Shown one piece after another: positions 46,812-56,921 of a DNA stretch of 64,000 bases. The notes beneath the pieces are model-generated. The model worked only from the letters and a program-made list of their open reading frames with translations. It was not told the DNA's origin and did no database searches. The position numbers were made by a program, and so were the translations under genes. The stretch is from Candidatus Kapaibacterium sp. (GTDB lineage: Bacteria; Bacteroidota; Ignavibacteria; Kapaibacteriales; UBA2268): NCBI GenBank assembly GCA_963665665.1, contig OY762428.1, forward strand, positions 1,664,001 to 1,728,000. The letters run 5' to 3'. Position 1 is the stretch's first letter, and each line of letters opens with the position of its first letter.

Positions 46812-49007
46812 TTATCTTGGATTTACGGTAAATCCATTATTTAAAGTTGCCCTGCTCCTGTCTCTGTTTTTAACAATCACATTCCATCTTGTAGGATTCC
46901 GTAGCCAACTGTTACGAATTCTTACCGTGGCTCTGATCTCTGTTGAACTGACAACTGTTACACTTCGGGCAATCGGTGCCCTTCCTCTGCCACCTCGGAA
47001 TTTTATACTGGCTCTATCCTGAAAACCACTTCCCCTGATAACAATATTTACAGTAGTTCTCTCCCTGCCGCTATTAGGTGTTATACTTGCTATCGTCGGA
47101 TCTGTTGTTGCTTCGCTAACAATAACTGTCAGCTGATCCGAAGACGTTGCTCCTCCATTATCAGTAACAGTTAAAACAACGGTATGGGTTCCAACATTGA
47201 AACTATAATTTAAAGATGCTGTTGTTCCAATTGTATTTCCATTTAAAGTCCAGGAATAGGACACTATTGTCCCATCTTCGTCGTATGAATCTGATCCGTC
47301 AAGTTGAACAGTTTCTGAACCATTATCATCCTCATCAGTAACATTAATAATATTACCTGCATCAGCAACAGGATCCTGGTTTTCAATAATTGTAACAACA
47401 ACTTCATCTTCATCAGTATTTCCGTCATCATCAGTAACAGTCAGGATGATATTATGAATTCCAACATTGAAACTAATATTAATTGTGGAGGAAGTTCCAA
47501 TTACAGTGCTGCCTTCCTTCCATTCGTAGGAAACAATACTGCCGTCATCATCATAAGAATCACTTCCGTCAAGCAGCACAGACTCTGATCCGGAGTCATC
47601 ATCATCATTGGCTGTTATTGCATTTCCTGCATCAGCTACCGGGTCAGAGCTGTTAGAGCTACCTGATCCGGCCCATCCCAAATTCTCGTGATTATTATCC
47701 GGATCTTCAGGATCACTATCAGATTCCAGACCATTATCGGAGGTGTACATACCTTCTCCGCCATTTATCAGAGCCTGCCGAATTGAATATACTCCCGTTG
47801 CATTTGTAGCTCTTCCATTCTCTGCAATGTACATTGCCACTAATCCTGCTGCATGTGGAGTAGCCATTGATGTACCGCTCATATATTGATAATTCCCGCC
47901 AGGTGAAGTTGAATATACATTAACTCCTGGAAGAATAAGATCTATAGCAGCACCAGATGATGTGACCGGATTATTAGAAACAACACTTTGACTATAATTA
48001 CTAAATTCTGCGAAAGAATCATCGTCTCCGTAATAGTTCGAATTACCAAGGCCTCCGGGCTGACCATCTGTATCACATAAAGCAGATATCGTCATTGCTT
48101 CAGGAAAACTGGCAGGTGTGTCATCATCGTTTGTACCAAAGTTTCCATCTCTGCCATAAATATCCCGTGAATCATTACCAGCTGCAACAACAACAACAAT
48201 TCCTTCCGAAACGCAATCCTGAACAGCTGTTCTAAGAGAGGCACTATATCCTCTGCCACCAAGGCTCATACTGGCTATTTCAATGCTCGACGATCTTTCG
48301 CTTACCCAGTCTAAACCTCGTACAATATCAGAGATAAATCCACTACCATCCTCATCCAATACCTTTACTCCCCAAACTCTTGCTCCGGGAGCAACACCAA
48401 CCACACCAATATTATTATCTATAGCAGCAGCAGTTCCTGCACAATGAGTTCCATGGCCATTGTCATCATCGAAATCATTATCAGAAAAAGGCCTCCACCT
48501 GTTCCTTACATATTCCCTCCAGTAATGGATACCTGAAGTATGCACATTCAGATCAGGATGATCAGTATCAATGCCGGTATCAATTATTGCTATATCAACA
48601 TCTACATTTCCTGATACGGATGTGGCATCGGCTTCGATTCTGCTAATTCCGTTAGGTATTGTCTGAACATTTGCTCTGACTATCATATCCTGCTCAAGAT
48701 ACTCTATGTCAGGATTTTTCATCAGAGCATTGACAAGCTCCTCTGTGGCGTTATAAAGAATAAAGCCGTTCAATACTTTTCTGTAAATATAAAATTCCTC
48801 TATACCATACTCTTTAATTATTTCCTCTGGTACACAACTTTTCTTAACAACGACGATATACTGTCCTTCAACATATTCAGGGCCATTTTCGATAACCTGG
48901 ATTCCCGGTACCTCATGTTCATCCGGCACATTTATTAAATCGTCTTCGATACATCCGGCAAACAGCAGCAAAGTGCCAATTAGCATTATGGTATAGATAT
49001 TTCTCAT
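46812..49007 (-). CDS. Subtilisin-like S8 serine peptidase lipoprotein with I9 prodomain, two PKD domains and an IPT/TIG-like C-terminus
   Basis: Lipobox LFAGC; catalytic IIDTGID, GHGTHCAG and SGTSMATPH; two DPVADAG...LDGSDSYD.DG.IVSY.W...LTVTD repeats. Confidence 0.9.
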   Translation of the reverse strand: MRNIYTIMLIGTLLLFAGCIEDDLINVPDEHEVPGIQVIENGPEYVEGQYIVVVKKSCVPEEIIKEYGIEEFYIYRKVLNGFILYNATEELVNALMKNPDIEYLEQDMIVRANVQTIPNGISRIEADATSVSGNVDVDIAIIDTGIDTDHPDLNVHTSGIHYWREYVRNRWRPFSDNDFDDDNGHGTHCAGTAAAIDNNIGVVGVAPGARVWGVKVLDEDGSGFISDIVRGLDWVSERSSSIEIASMSLGGRGYSASLRTAVQDCVSEGIVVVVAAGNDSRDIYGRDGNFGTNDDDTPASFPEAMTISALCDTDGQPGGLGNSNYYGDDDSFAEFSNYSQSVVSNNPVTSSGAAIDLILPGVNVYSTSPGGNYQYMSGTSMATPHAAGLVAMYIAENGRATNATGVYSIRQALINGGEGMYTSDNGLESDSDPEDPDNNHENLGWAGSGSSNSSDPVADAGNAITANDDDDSGSESVLLDGSDSYDDDGSIVSYEWKEGSTVIGTSSTINISFNVGIHNIILTVTDDDGNTDEDEVVVTIIENQDPVADAGNIINVTDEDDNGSETVQLDGSDSYDEDGTIVSYSWTLNGNTIGTTASLNYSFNVGTHTVVLTVTDNGGATSSDQLTVIVSEATTDPTIASITPNSGRERTTVNIVIRGSGFQDRASIKFRGGRGRAPIARSVTVVSSTEIRATVRIRNSWLRNPTRWNVIVKNRDRSRATLNNGFTVNPR

Positions 49008-49194
49008 TGCATATACTCCTTATTATTAAAACATTTTGAACCCGCACCTCCTAAATATAATTAACATTTTTTAATTATCAAACTTATTATTGTACTTTTA
49101 TGATATTATATTAATATTTTGTTCATATTTATATCATTCCTATGTCAAAAAAAAAGAGGCCGAAGCCTCTTTTAATATATTCTTTTTTGTTGGA

Positions 49195-50550
49195 TTACTT
49201 TGCAACAATAACAATTTCCGTACGGCGATTAAGCCTCCTTCCGAAATCCTGTCTGTTGCTGGCTATAGGCCTTCTTTCGCCATATCCTTTTGTTTTAATT
49301 CTATTTTCGTCAACACCTCTTGAAACAAGGTATCTTTTAACACTTTCGGCCCTTTGTAATGATAGCCTGTCATTAATCCTGTGCGACCCTATGTTATCAG
49401 TATGGCCTTCTATCATAATAGCTATCTGAGGCTTTACCCCCATAAATTCTGCAAGCATATCAAGTTCCGGCACTGAATCAGGTATATCAAACCTGTTTGT
49501 AAGATAAAGCAGATTTTCAATAATAAGCTTTCGCCCAAGGTCAACAATAGGAATTGTTTTCCTTACAAGCCTGCCCTTTTTCTTATTGAAAAGCGCTATT
49601 TCGATCGAATCCGGCACAGCAGGTTGGTCTGACCTGTATGTCATTGAATACAGGTTTGTAAGTTGATTCGAGAAGTTATCCAGAATGGTTGAAAATGGAT
49701 AACTGATATCATAAAAGGTACCGCGGGTTTTTTTAGTTATTTCCTTATACCTTCTCAATTTCGGAGGTACTATAGCAAAAACTCTTAATTCTTTTTCAAT
49801 TAAATCTTCTGTTATTGATTCTGTGGTCTGGTTTGTAACACCAAAACCATTTTCACCTTCCTGGTGATAAGGAGCATCTGTTAGAAGCACTGCCACACGG
49901 CTCGCTTCAGTCCTGTACTTTAGCTTTGTGGCAGCTTCCAGGGCTTCCAGGGCATTTTCCTTCTCATCTCCGCCACCCCTTGCTTTTAGTTCATTTAGCC
50001 ATGAAAGAAACTCTGATACGTCTTTCGTCGGCTGGTATTTTTTTTCCACATCATCCGAAAAAAGAACTAAACCGAGGCGATAATCGATACCACGCCGTAC
50101 AAGATTTTCCGTAAACCTTGAAATATTTGTCCTGACAGCATTAATATGCTGCTGCATTGATCCGGTTCTGTCCAGCACAAACACAAAATCCACTGCCACG
50201 ACTTCACTAACCGGTATCTTTTCAACTTTTGTTACTTTTTTCTGAACTCCGTTTTCATACACGAACATATTCTCGGATGTTAGTGTATCAAGTGGCTGGC
50301 CTGCTTTGTTAAATGCTTCTATGAAAATCTTAATTGAAGGGAATTTAGTAATATCAATACTACGGACAGTAATTTCTATCTCCTTGTCCGCGTACTTAAT
50401 ATTTGCCTTTTCAAGAACTTCTTTAGAGGATTTTGGCAACTGCGGGCCATAAGTATCGTTTTGTGCAATACTTTCCTGCCAACATAAAAACATGAAGGCT
50501 GTTATAATTATGATTGCTGCCTTTTTTGCAACAGATTGAAATTCCGACAT
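49195..50550 (-). CDS. VWA domain + OmpA-like peptidoglycan-binding domain protein
   Basis: MIDAS motif VLDRTGSM, LLTDAPYH and C-terminal IEGHTDN.G....N..LS.QRA..V...GYGE..P...NRRTE. Confidence 0.9.
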   Translation of the reverse strand: MSEFQSVAKKAAIIIITAFMFLCWQESIAQNDTYGPQLPKSSKEVLEKANIKYADKEIEITVRSIDITKFPSIKIFIEAFNKAGQPLDTLTSENMFVYENGVQKKVTKVEKIPVSEVVAVDFVFVLDRTGSMQQHINAVRTNISRFTENLVRRGIDYRLGLVLFSDDVEKKYQPTKDVSEFLSWLNELKARGGGDEKENALEALEAATKLKYRTEASRVAVLLTDAPYHQEGENGFGVTNQTTESITEDLIEKELRVFAIVPPKLRRYKEITKKTRGTFYDISYPFSTILDNFSNQLTNLYSMTYRSDQPAVPDSIEIALFNKKKGRLVRKTIPIVDLGRKLIIENLLYLTNRFDIPDSVPELDMLAEFMGVKPQIAIMIEGHTDNIGSHRINDRLSLQRAESVKRYLVSRGVDENRIKTKGYGERRPIASNRQDFGRRLNRRTEIVIVAK

Positions 50551-50633
50551 TACATCTCCCCCTGAGATTAAAATGCTGCCATTTACAATCAGCAATTTAT
50601 ATAATATTATACTTAACTAAAAATATGCTGCTT

Positions 50634-50678
50634 AAAAAAAAAGCCCTCCACGAAGTTTTTTACCAGCAGGGAGGGCTT
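50634..50678 (-). terminator. Probable terminator between the beta-barrel genes and the VWA-OmpA gene
   Basis: AAGCCCTCC...GGAGGGCTT with a T-tract on the minus strand; the loop is large. Confidence 0.5.
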
Positions 50679-50695
50679 GTAAAATCATCTTTAAA

Positions 50696-52165
50696 CTATA
50701 TTGTCAATCTCAGAACCGGTGAAATCATGAAGAAATTCTCGATTTCATAAGGCCTTGCATCACGCAATGGTGTAGCATATTTACCTTCAATGTAAAGCCA
50801 GGGGCTTAGCAGAGGAATATACAGGCGGCCCATAAATATCTGGTTAGAGATCTGCGCGCTGATTCCGAATGGAAACGCAGCCTGGTTACTGTATTCAATT
50901 TTCGCGAAGATGTAATCGGCAGCTTCACTGTTTTTGTATGTTCTGAGTCCGGTGATCCCGTCTTTTGAAAGGAAGGAAACAGCAAGAGTATCATCACGAT
51001 AGTAAGCCATTTCAACTACTTCGCTGTAATTAACACCAAAATCGAACCTGATGAAGTTCTCAGGTTTCTGTTTGTCTATCCACCAGTTATAGAACAATGA
51101 AAAGCGGCCTGTTGTGCGAAGCATAGGAGCAACTTTTGTGATCCTTGAAGTAAGTGCACGAGGATCGCCATCAGCAAATTCTACTATCTGGTCTTCCGGC
51201 ATCATCATATATCCAAAAGCACCTTCATCAATACCCTGTGTCTCAAGGCCTTTAAGCGGAACTTCAACATTGAATGTAACACCGGCCTGAGGATGGAAAG
51301 GCATGTGGAAGTCAATACCACCGATAAGTTTTCCACCCGGGTCAGAATTAAGTGTACGGCCTTTTACCCAGCTAAGCAGTGTATTGCCGTCACCGATACC
51401 CGAGGTTATTTTATAAGCACCGCCAAGATGAGCATTAATAAGGAATGGAATTACTCTTCTTGTAGCATCATCATCATTTCCATACAGAGGCCTTTGAAGC
51501 ATAACTTTGGCTTCGCCTGCCGACCAAAAGTGATAACCGATATCATCATTTCCAAGCTGTGAAGTCAGCCAGAATCCTGTTTCGCCGATTTTTACTGTCT
51601 GTTCGAAAAGTGAAAGAGTGATAGCCTGCTGAGCATCAGACGGCCTGAGAAGGAAATTGGTAACAACATCTTTCTGAACATCCATCAGCGGAAGGCTTAC
51701 CGGAATATCTTCATAGCAGTAATCTCTTGATGCAAAAGGTTTCACTTCGCCGCGAAGTTCACCTGTATAATAATATTCTCCCGAAAGAACACCAAGCAGG
51801 AAATCACTGAGAGTAGACTCGATTTCTACAGTATTCATACTGTTTTCAGGCATGGGTTCACCACAGGATATCATAAGAATATCATAAGGAACATCGCCCC
51901 ATTCCCTCGGGGCAGCCATTATCTGAATATTATTCATGTCCAGGTCGGCTTTGTTGTAGCCCATCTGAACAAACGCGGTATAAATCTGAACCATAAGATC
52001 CTGCTCGCAAACTTTCCATCTCGGAAAATATTGTTTGATCTCAGGATCAATATCTGTAAGGCTTTCCAGGATCTCACTCTCGTCAATATCAACATCCTGT
52101 GAATAAAGATTTGACAATCCCAGAAGCATTAAAACAAAAACCGTTATTTTCATATATCTTTTCAT
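50696..52165 (-). CDS. Hypothetical exported protein, probable outer-membrane beta-barrel
   Basis: Signal peptide and alternating-pattern strands in the C-terminal two thirds; shares motifs with the upstream 52213-53952 gene. Confidence 0.65.
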   Translation of the reverse strand: MKRYMKITVFVLMLLGLSNLYSQDVDIDESEILESLTDIDPEIKQYFPRWKVCEQDLMVQIYTAFVQMGYNKADLDMNNIQIMAAPREWGDVPYDILMISCGEPMPENSMNTVEIESTLSDFLLGVLSGEYYYTGELRGEVKPFASRDYCYEDIPVSLPLMDVQKDVVTNFLLRPSDAQQAITLSLFEQTVKIGETGFWLTSQLGNDDIGYHFWSAGEAKVMLQRPLYGNDDDATRRVIPFLINAHLGGAYKITSGIGDGNTLLSWVKGRTLNSDPGGKLIGGIDFHMPFHPQAGVTFNVEVPLKGLETQGIDEGAFGYMMMPEDQIVEFADGDPRALTSRITKVAPMLRTTGRFSLFYNWWIDKQKPENFIRFDFGVNYSEVVEMAYYRDDTLAVSFLSKDGITGLRTYKNSEAADYIFAKIEYSNQAAFPFGISAQISNQIFMGRLYIPLLSPWLYIEGKYATPLRDARPYEIENFFMISPVLRLTI

Positions 52166-52212
52166 AGCAAGGCTTTAAATTTTTCCTACTAAATTATTTA
52201 CTTAATCACTAA

Positions 52213-53952
52213 TTAAAAATTGACGATAAACCTGGCCATTGGTGTAAACACGCTGCCGTCTTCCCATGGGTGATCTTCATCGCGGAATGCGTTGAAATAA
52301 CCCTTGGCATCAAGCCTGATTGACAGTGTATTGTCAATTACAGGGAATTGTATCCATACTTTTCCGAATAGAGCTTCATCAAAATACTGGAGAGTAGCTC
52401 CGTAAGGAGTAGCAACGTCTCTTACCATGAAGTCCATTTTTCCGGAAATTCCACCTTTAGTTTCATCTTCAACTTTATAATATTTAACCTCGTCTTCGCT
52501 ATCGCTACGGTCGTATTTGTATCCCCATTGTTCCACATTGTAAACTGTGGCGCCGATACCAAACCTGAGCATGTAATCAGCATCAACGGAAATTGCAAAT
52601 GTATAATGCAACTGAGCATTGCCTCTTATGAAATAGTCATATTTCAGGAAATTGTCGTAAGCGTTATACTGATATTCAAAATTATCAATATTAAGATTTC
52701 TGTCTTTATATGATGCTTCTTCTGCATCACCGAATATATAACCACCGCTAAGCTGGAAAACTCCGCCCTTTGGAATTATTTTAATCGGGAAATCAGCAGC
52801 GCCTGAAATACCAACGCCGCCGTGAGTAAGCATTCTTGTCTGGTCGAAAACATCTTCTGAAAGTGAAGACCAACCGCCTGTCGGGAGAATAACACCAAGC
52901 TTTACGTTCTGCCAAAGAGCGCTAAGAGTCATCCTTTCACTCCAAAGCGAAGCATAGTTGATCTCGTCGATACCGTATTTAAGTTCCACACCGATCTTCG
53001 GAAGATCAGTATTAGGATAGAAATTCACGGTGTCAATATCATCTTCAGCGTATTCAACGGTTCTAAGCTCGTATTGTTTCCAGCTTATCAGGTCCGGGCT
53101 GATGATCACTTCATTTTCTTTCAGCTCAATATCAAGCGGAGAGCCTTCTGAAATCCTCATGATAGTCTGGATTTCTGATGATGTAATATCATTAGCATTT
53201 TTTACAATTGATTTTGAAACACCCCTGGTTGGGTCAAGCCAAATAAGGTCAGTACCGATACCCTGTGCTTCAAGAGTGATATTTTTAACGTTGTTCTGCA
53301 GGAATGCAGTCATCATAAGCTTATACATATTGTCAGCGCCAAATTCTTCCGGATCGAGGTCAAACTGTTCCATTTCTTTCACAGTAAAAACATATTCCGG
53401 ATTTGGCCTGTCCATAGCCCTTTTAAGATCTTCTTCATCTTCATACTGAATCATTGCTGCTATTATTACTTTCGGCATTGGGTCTTCATGACTAACCCTG
53501 TTAGTAATAAGAAAAGTTCTGCGGATCATTTGGGTTGACCCGGAGCCGGGATCAGCACAGTCCCATAGAACATCAAAATTCGGGGGAACTGTAATACCGC
53601 GTGAAAAGAGAGCCCTTTGAACCTGTCCTTTGGACTGTCCTTCGGTTCTTCCCCTTTTAATCAGATTCCAAACAGCAGCGTCAACTTTTTTCTGTTCTTC
53701 TTCGCAATCGCCGCTTGTGGCATTTCTTTTCTTTTCCTTGGTTTTAATAGCTTTCTTGATATCACTGAGATTCTTAAGCTCCCAGATGGATACCTGGCCG
53801 AACCTGTAATTCTTAAACCTGTTAAGAATGCTTTCGAGCTTTATCCTGAACGATTCGTCATATTCGGCTGCATCGGCTTGCTGGCTTAGTGGCAGAAGCA
53901 TTCCGCAGAGAATCAGGCTCAAAACAAAGATTCTTGAGATGTTATTAATCAT
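52213..53952 (-). CDS. Hypothetical exported protein, probable outer-membrane beta-barrel
   Basis: Signal peptide ending ADA, amphipathic strands and terminal Phe (ARFIVNF). Confidence 0.7.
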   Translation of the reverse strand: MINNISRIFVLSLILCGMLLPLSQQADAAEYDESFRIKLESILNRFKNYRFGQVSIWELKNLSDIKKAIKTKEKKRNATSGDCEEEQKKVDAAVWNLIKRGRTEGQSKGQVQRALFSRGITVPPNFDVLWDCADPGSGSTQMIRRTFLITNRVSHEDPMPKVIIAAMIQYEDEEDLKRAMDRPNPEYVFTVKEMEQFDLDPEEFGADNMYKLMMTAFLQNNVKNITLEAQGIGTDLIWLDPTRGVSKSIVKNANDITSSEIQTIMRISEGSPLDIELKENEVIISPDLISWKQYELRTVEYAEDDIDTVNFYPNTDLPKIGVELKYGIDEINYASLWSERMTLSALWQNVKLGVILPTGGWSSLSEDVFDQTRMLTHGGVGISGAADFPIKIIPKGGVFQLSGGYIFGDAEEASYKDRNLNIDNFEYQYNAYDNFLKYDYFIRGNAQLHYTFAISVDADYMLRFGIGATVYNVEQWGYKYDRSDSEDEVKYYKVEDETKGGISGKMDFMVRDVATPYGATLQYFDEALFGKVWIQFPVIDNTLSIRLDAKGYFNAFRDEDHPWEDGSVFTPMARFIVNF

Positions 53953-54035
53953 TTTTATCAGCCCTTGCAAATATCACTTAATTATTAATTTCTATTATTT
54001 TCAATTTCATTTCAATTTAAATTTCGCCAACCGGA

Positions 54036-56321
54036 TTATCTTCTCCTGCCACGGTTACGTCCGCTTGAAGAAGGTTCATAATTGATCTTAACAGGATAGT
54101 TCTGCGTAATTTCTTCAGAGCTCTTTCCATTTACCGGATTGGTTGCATAAGCAGTTATCGGAATTGTAATAGTTCCACGCACTTTGTTTTCGCCACGTTC
54201 AAGTTTACCGCTCAGCTCGAAATAAATACTGTAACCTGATTCCGGGTCGCCTTCAATACTCGGCGAAACGGCAATGCTGTATGTTTTAAGTCCGTCTACG
54301 ATTGATGCAGAACCGCACTTAATATTAATCTCGGCATTTTCGCTTGAACCTGTAATTGGTGGCGTAACAGCAATACCGGTAATTGTAACTTTAAGTTTTT
54401 TGTCAGTACCCGAATATTCAGGGGATGCTGTCCTGGTTGAAATGCTCGGTTCTTCCTGTTTTATCTCAAATGTTCTTTCAGGATAAAGGTCAATTTCAGT
54501 ACCTGTAAATGGCTGTATCCATGTTACGCGTGCCTTAACAGTATTTGCAGATGAAGATAGTTCCACACGCTGATCTTCAAGAACAGAAAGGCCTTCAATA
54601 GGAACAGGCTGGTTATTCAGGTCAGTACTCAGGTAAATCCTGAACTGGTTGGATTTAATCTTACCGCCCGATGTAGGCATAGCATCTATACCGATTTTAT
54701 ATCCGTAATATGAGAAAGCCGTAAGCTGTCCTGATATTTTATTTTCAGATTCCTGTGAAAGTTTTGATTCAAAAACTTCGTATTCCGAAATTTCATCATC
54801 CTGCCTGCCACCGATCTGATGTTTCATTTCCAATGTATATTTGCCAGCGGGCAGGTTTTCTTCAACATAAGCCCTGAATGTTCTGTCAAATCCCTGTACC
54901 GGAGGAGCACCGCTATAGTCTGCAAGTTCATCTGCCGGACGGCAGATAACATTTGATACTACCTGTCCGTTAACATCTTTAACAACACCGCTCACAACAT
55001 TCTTTCCGCCATCCTGATACGGGGCTATCGAGAAGTCAAATACACCCGGGGCTTTATCAAATGTAGCCGTATATTTCGGTACCTGAAGTGTAGGCTCGGA
55101 TACTTTAACTTTAGGAGTAATAACGCGAATATCAAATTCGATAGCGCCTGTATTCTGGTCAAATTTTGAAGACATACCGGGAGCAAGAAGCTTGCAGATA
55201 TATCCGTAAAGCTGAATTTTACCCATCAGGTCAACAGCATCGTCTTCATCCCTTGCAAGAAGTGATGAAGCTTTAAGGCCTTCGTCAAATTTGTCAATAT
55301 CCTGCTCATCAGTTAAAATATCAATAAGCGGAAGGCTATATTTGTCAAGTTTCCTGAGAAGTTCTTTCTGAACCTTACGAAGGTCTTTAACTGTAAGCTG
55401 AACCGTACCGATATTAACAGTTGTTTCATCATCAAGTTCTTCAATATTTTCACCAGCTCTGACACCAAGAATCATGTTCGTTCTGGAAGCAAACCTGAGT
55501 TTATACCATCCAGCCTGGTTCGGCGGTTTGAAGTTTACAACAAAAGCTCTTTTCTGAAGATCCTGAACAGATCCGGGATCAAGATCGCCGAAAGATTCTT
55601 TTTCAGAATAGCAAAAGATAGAATCTTCAGGAACTTCATCAGGCGACATATTCGGGCCTTTTACAATTTCAGATTCCTTCGGGTAAACCGGATGTAAAGA
55701 ATTTAATGTAATATTCTGGAGATCCATATTATTAAAGGCAGCTTCTTCGTCAAGAACCAACCTTCTGATTCCGAGAAGTTCCCATGAACTGCCGTCCGGA
55801 GCCTCAAGGGCAAATCCGGGTTCTTCCTGCGACAAGTCCATATCTCTTAATATTTTTGTATCAGGGAAGGGCGGGGCATTGTCAGGGTCTTCGCTGGAGT
55901 TATAGAACACCTGGTACTCAATATCCCTTACATTGCCGAGCTTGATAAGAGTTTTCAGCCTCTGCACGTATTCTTTTTCCGATTCACCTTCCACACGTTT
56001 AAGTGATGTACTTACGTCAGTAACACCAACTTCCACGATGTACTTACGATAAGGTTTAAGGTCTGCGCCAAGTACTTCTTTAATATTCACACCTGCCGGC
56101 GGAATAGTAATTTCATCCTGCGGACGGGTGTTGATACCTTCGGTACCGGCCCCTGACTGCAACTGTGACAGAATACTTTCCACAATCTTCATCGTCTCTT
56201 TCTGCTTCTGTAAAAGTCCTTCTTCGGCCTCATCACGTTCCACGATAATGATGAGCAGCTCCAGCACAACCGCCAGATACAACACGAAGTAAACTTTTCC
56301 TGCACCACCGCCTTTAGACAT
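54036..56321 (-). CDS. GldM/PorM-like bitopic inner-membrane protein with long periplasmic region
   Basis: N-terminus MSKGGGAGKVYFVLYLAVVLELLIIIVERD resembles the GldM/PorM N-terminal TM helix; the remainder is beta-rich. The family call is an inference. Confidence 0.5.
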   Translation of the reverse strand: MSKGGGAGKVYFVLYLAVVLELLIIIVERDEAEEGLLQKQKETMKIVESILSQLQSGAGTEGINTRPQDEITIPPAGVNIKEVLGADLKPYRKYIVEVGVTDVSTSLKRVEGESEKEYVQRLKTLIKLGNVRDIEYQVFYNSSEDPDNAPPFPDTKILRDMDLSQEEPGFALEAPDGSSWELLGIRRLVLDEEAAFNNMDLQNITLNSLHPVYPKESEIVKGPNMSPDEVPEDSIFCYSEKESFGDLDPGSVQDLQKRAFVVNFKPPNQAGWYKLRFASRTNMILGVRAGENIEELDDETTVNIGTVQLTVKDLRKVQKELLRKLDKYSLPLIDILTDEQDIDKFDEGLKASSLLARDEDDAVDLMGKIQLYGYICKLLAPGMSSKFDQNTGAIEFDIRVITPKVKVSEPTLQVPKYTATFDKAPGVFDFSIAPYQDGGKNVVSGVVKDVNGQVVSNVICRPADELADYSGAPPVQGFDRTFRAYVEENLPAGKYTLEMKHQIGGRQDDEISEYEVFESKLSQESENKISGQLTAFSYYGYKIGIDAMPTSGGKIKSNQFRIYLSTDLNNQPVPIEGLSVLEDQRVELSSSANTVKARVTWIQPFTGTEIDLYPERTFEIKQEEPSISTRTASPEYSGTDKKLKVTITGIAVTPPITGSSENAEINIKCGSASIVDGLKTYSIAVSPSIEGDPESGYSIYFELSGKLERGENKVRGTITIPITAYATNPVNGKSSEEITQNYPVKINYEPSSSGRNRGRRR

Positions 56322-56369
56322 AATCTTACCCTTTATAAAGCGTCAACATACTATTATTGTCAATTTGCG

Positions 56370-56428
56370 CCCGCCGTTTCCCGAAAGAAAATGCCTGTCC
56401 GTTTAATTTACGGCAGACATCAGGCGGG
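56370..56428 (-). promoter_or_regulatory. Three-way-junction RNA structure in the leader of the GldM-like operon
   Basis: P1 CCCGCC/GGCGGG, P2 ATGTCTG-CCGT-aaattaa-ACGG-a-CAGGCAT and P3 TTTCT-TTCG-GGAAA. The G-U pairs work only on the coding strand. Confidence 0.55.
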
Positions 56429-56864
56429 ATTTCTATTTAATATTTTTCCATCATTTTCCGGTTAATTATCCTGTGCTCAATTCCATTTCGTCACAGGTTT
56501 TACAATTTATTGTAATTGTATCAGATATACAAGAAAAAAATTAAATTTCTCCTACGCATTCTCATGATCAAGGAACGTAAAATCCCTTGAAATATGCTCC
56601 TGAACTGCGTATCGATAAATAAGTTGTCAATCAAATCCTATCAGCAAATATTTCATGCAATATTTATAATTGATGATAAAAAAACAATTCACCAATAAGG
56701 AATTAAAAGGGAAATATAATTGTGGGTACAGTTAAATATACGAAAAAAATTTGAAATTATTATAATAAAAATTGTTATTAATATTTTGAAAATAAATTCA
56801 TAATAAATTCATTAGAACCAAATTATTTTTTTTCGAGCCGGACACAATAGAAAATCCAATAACA

Positions 56865-56893
56865 GGAAAGCCCGGCTCGAAGCCGGGCTTTCC
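56865..56893 (-). terminator. Hairpin after sodB
   Basis: GGAAAGCCCGGCT-cga-AGCCGGGCTTTCC. Confidence 0.7.
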
Positions 56894-56921
56894 CTTTCAT
56901 AATCTTATATTCAATATATTT

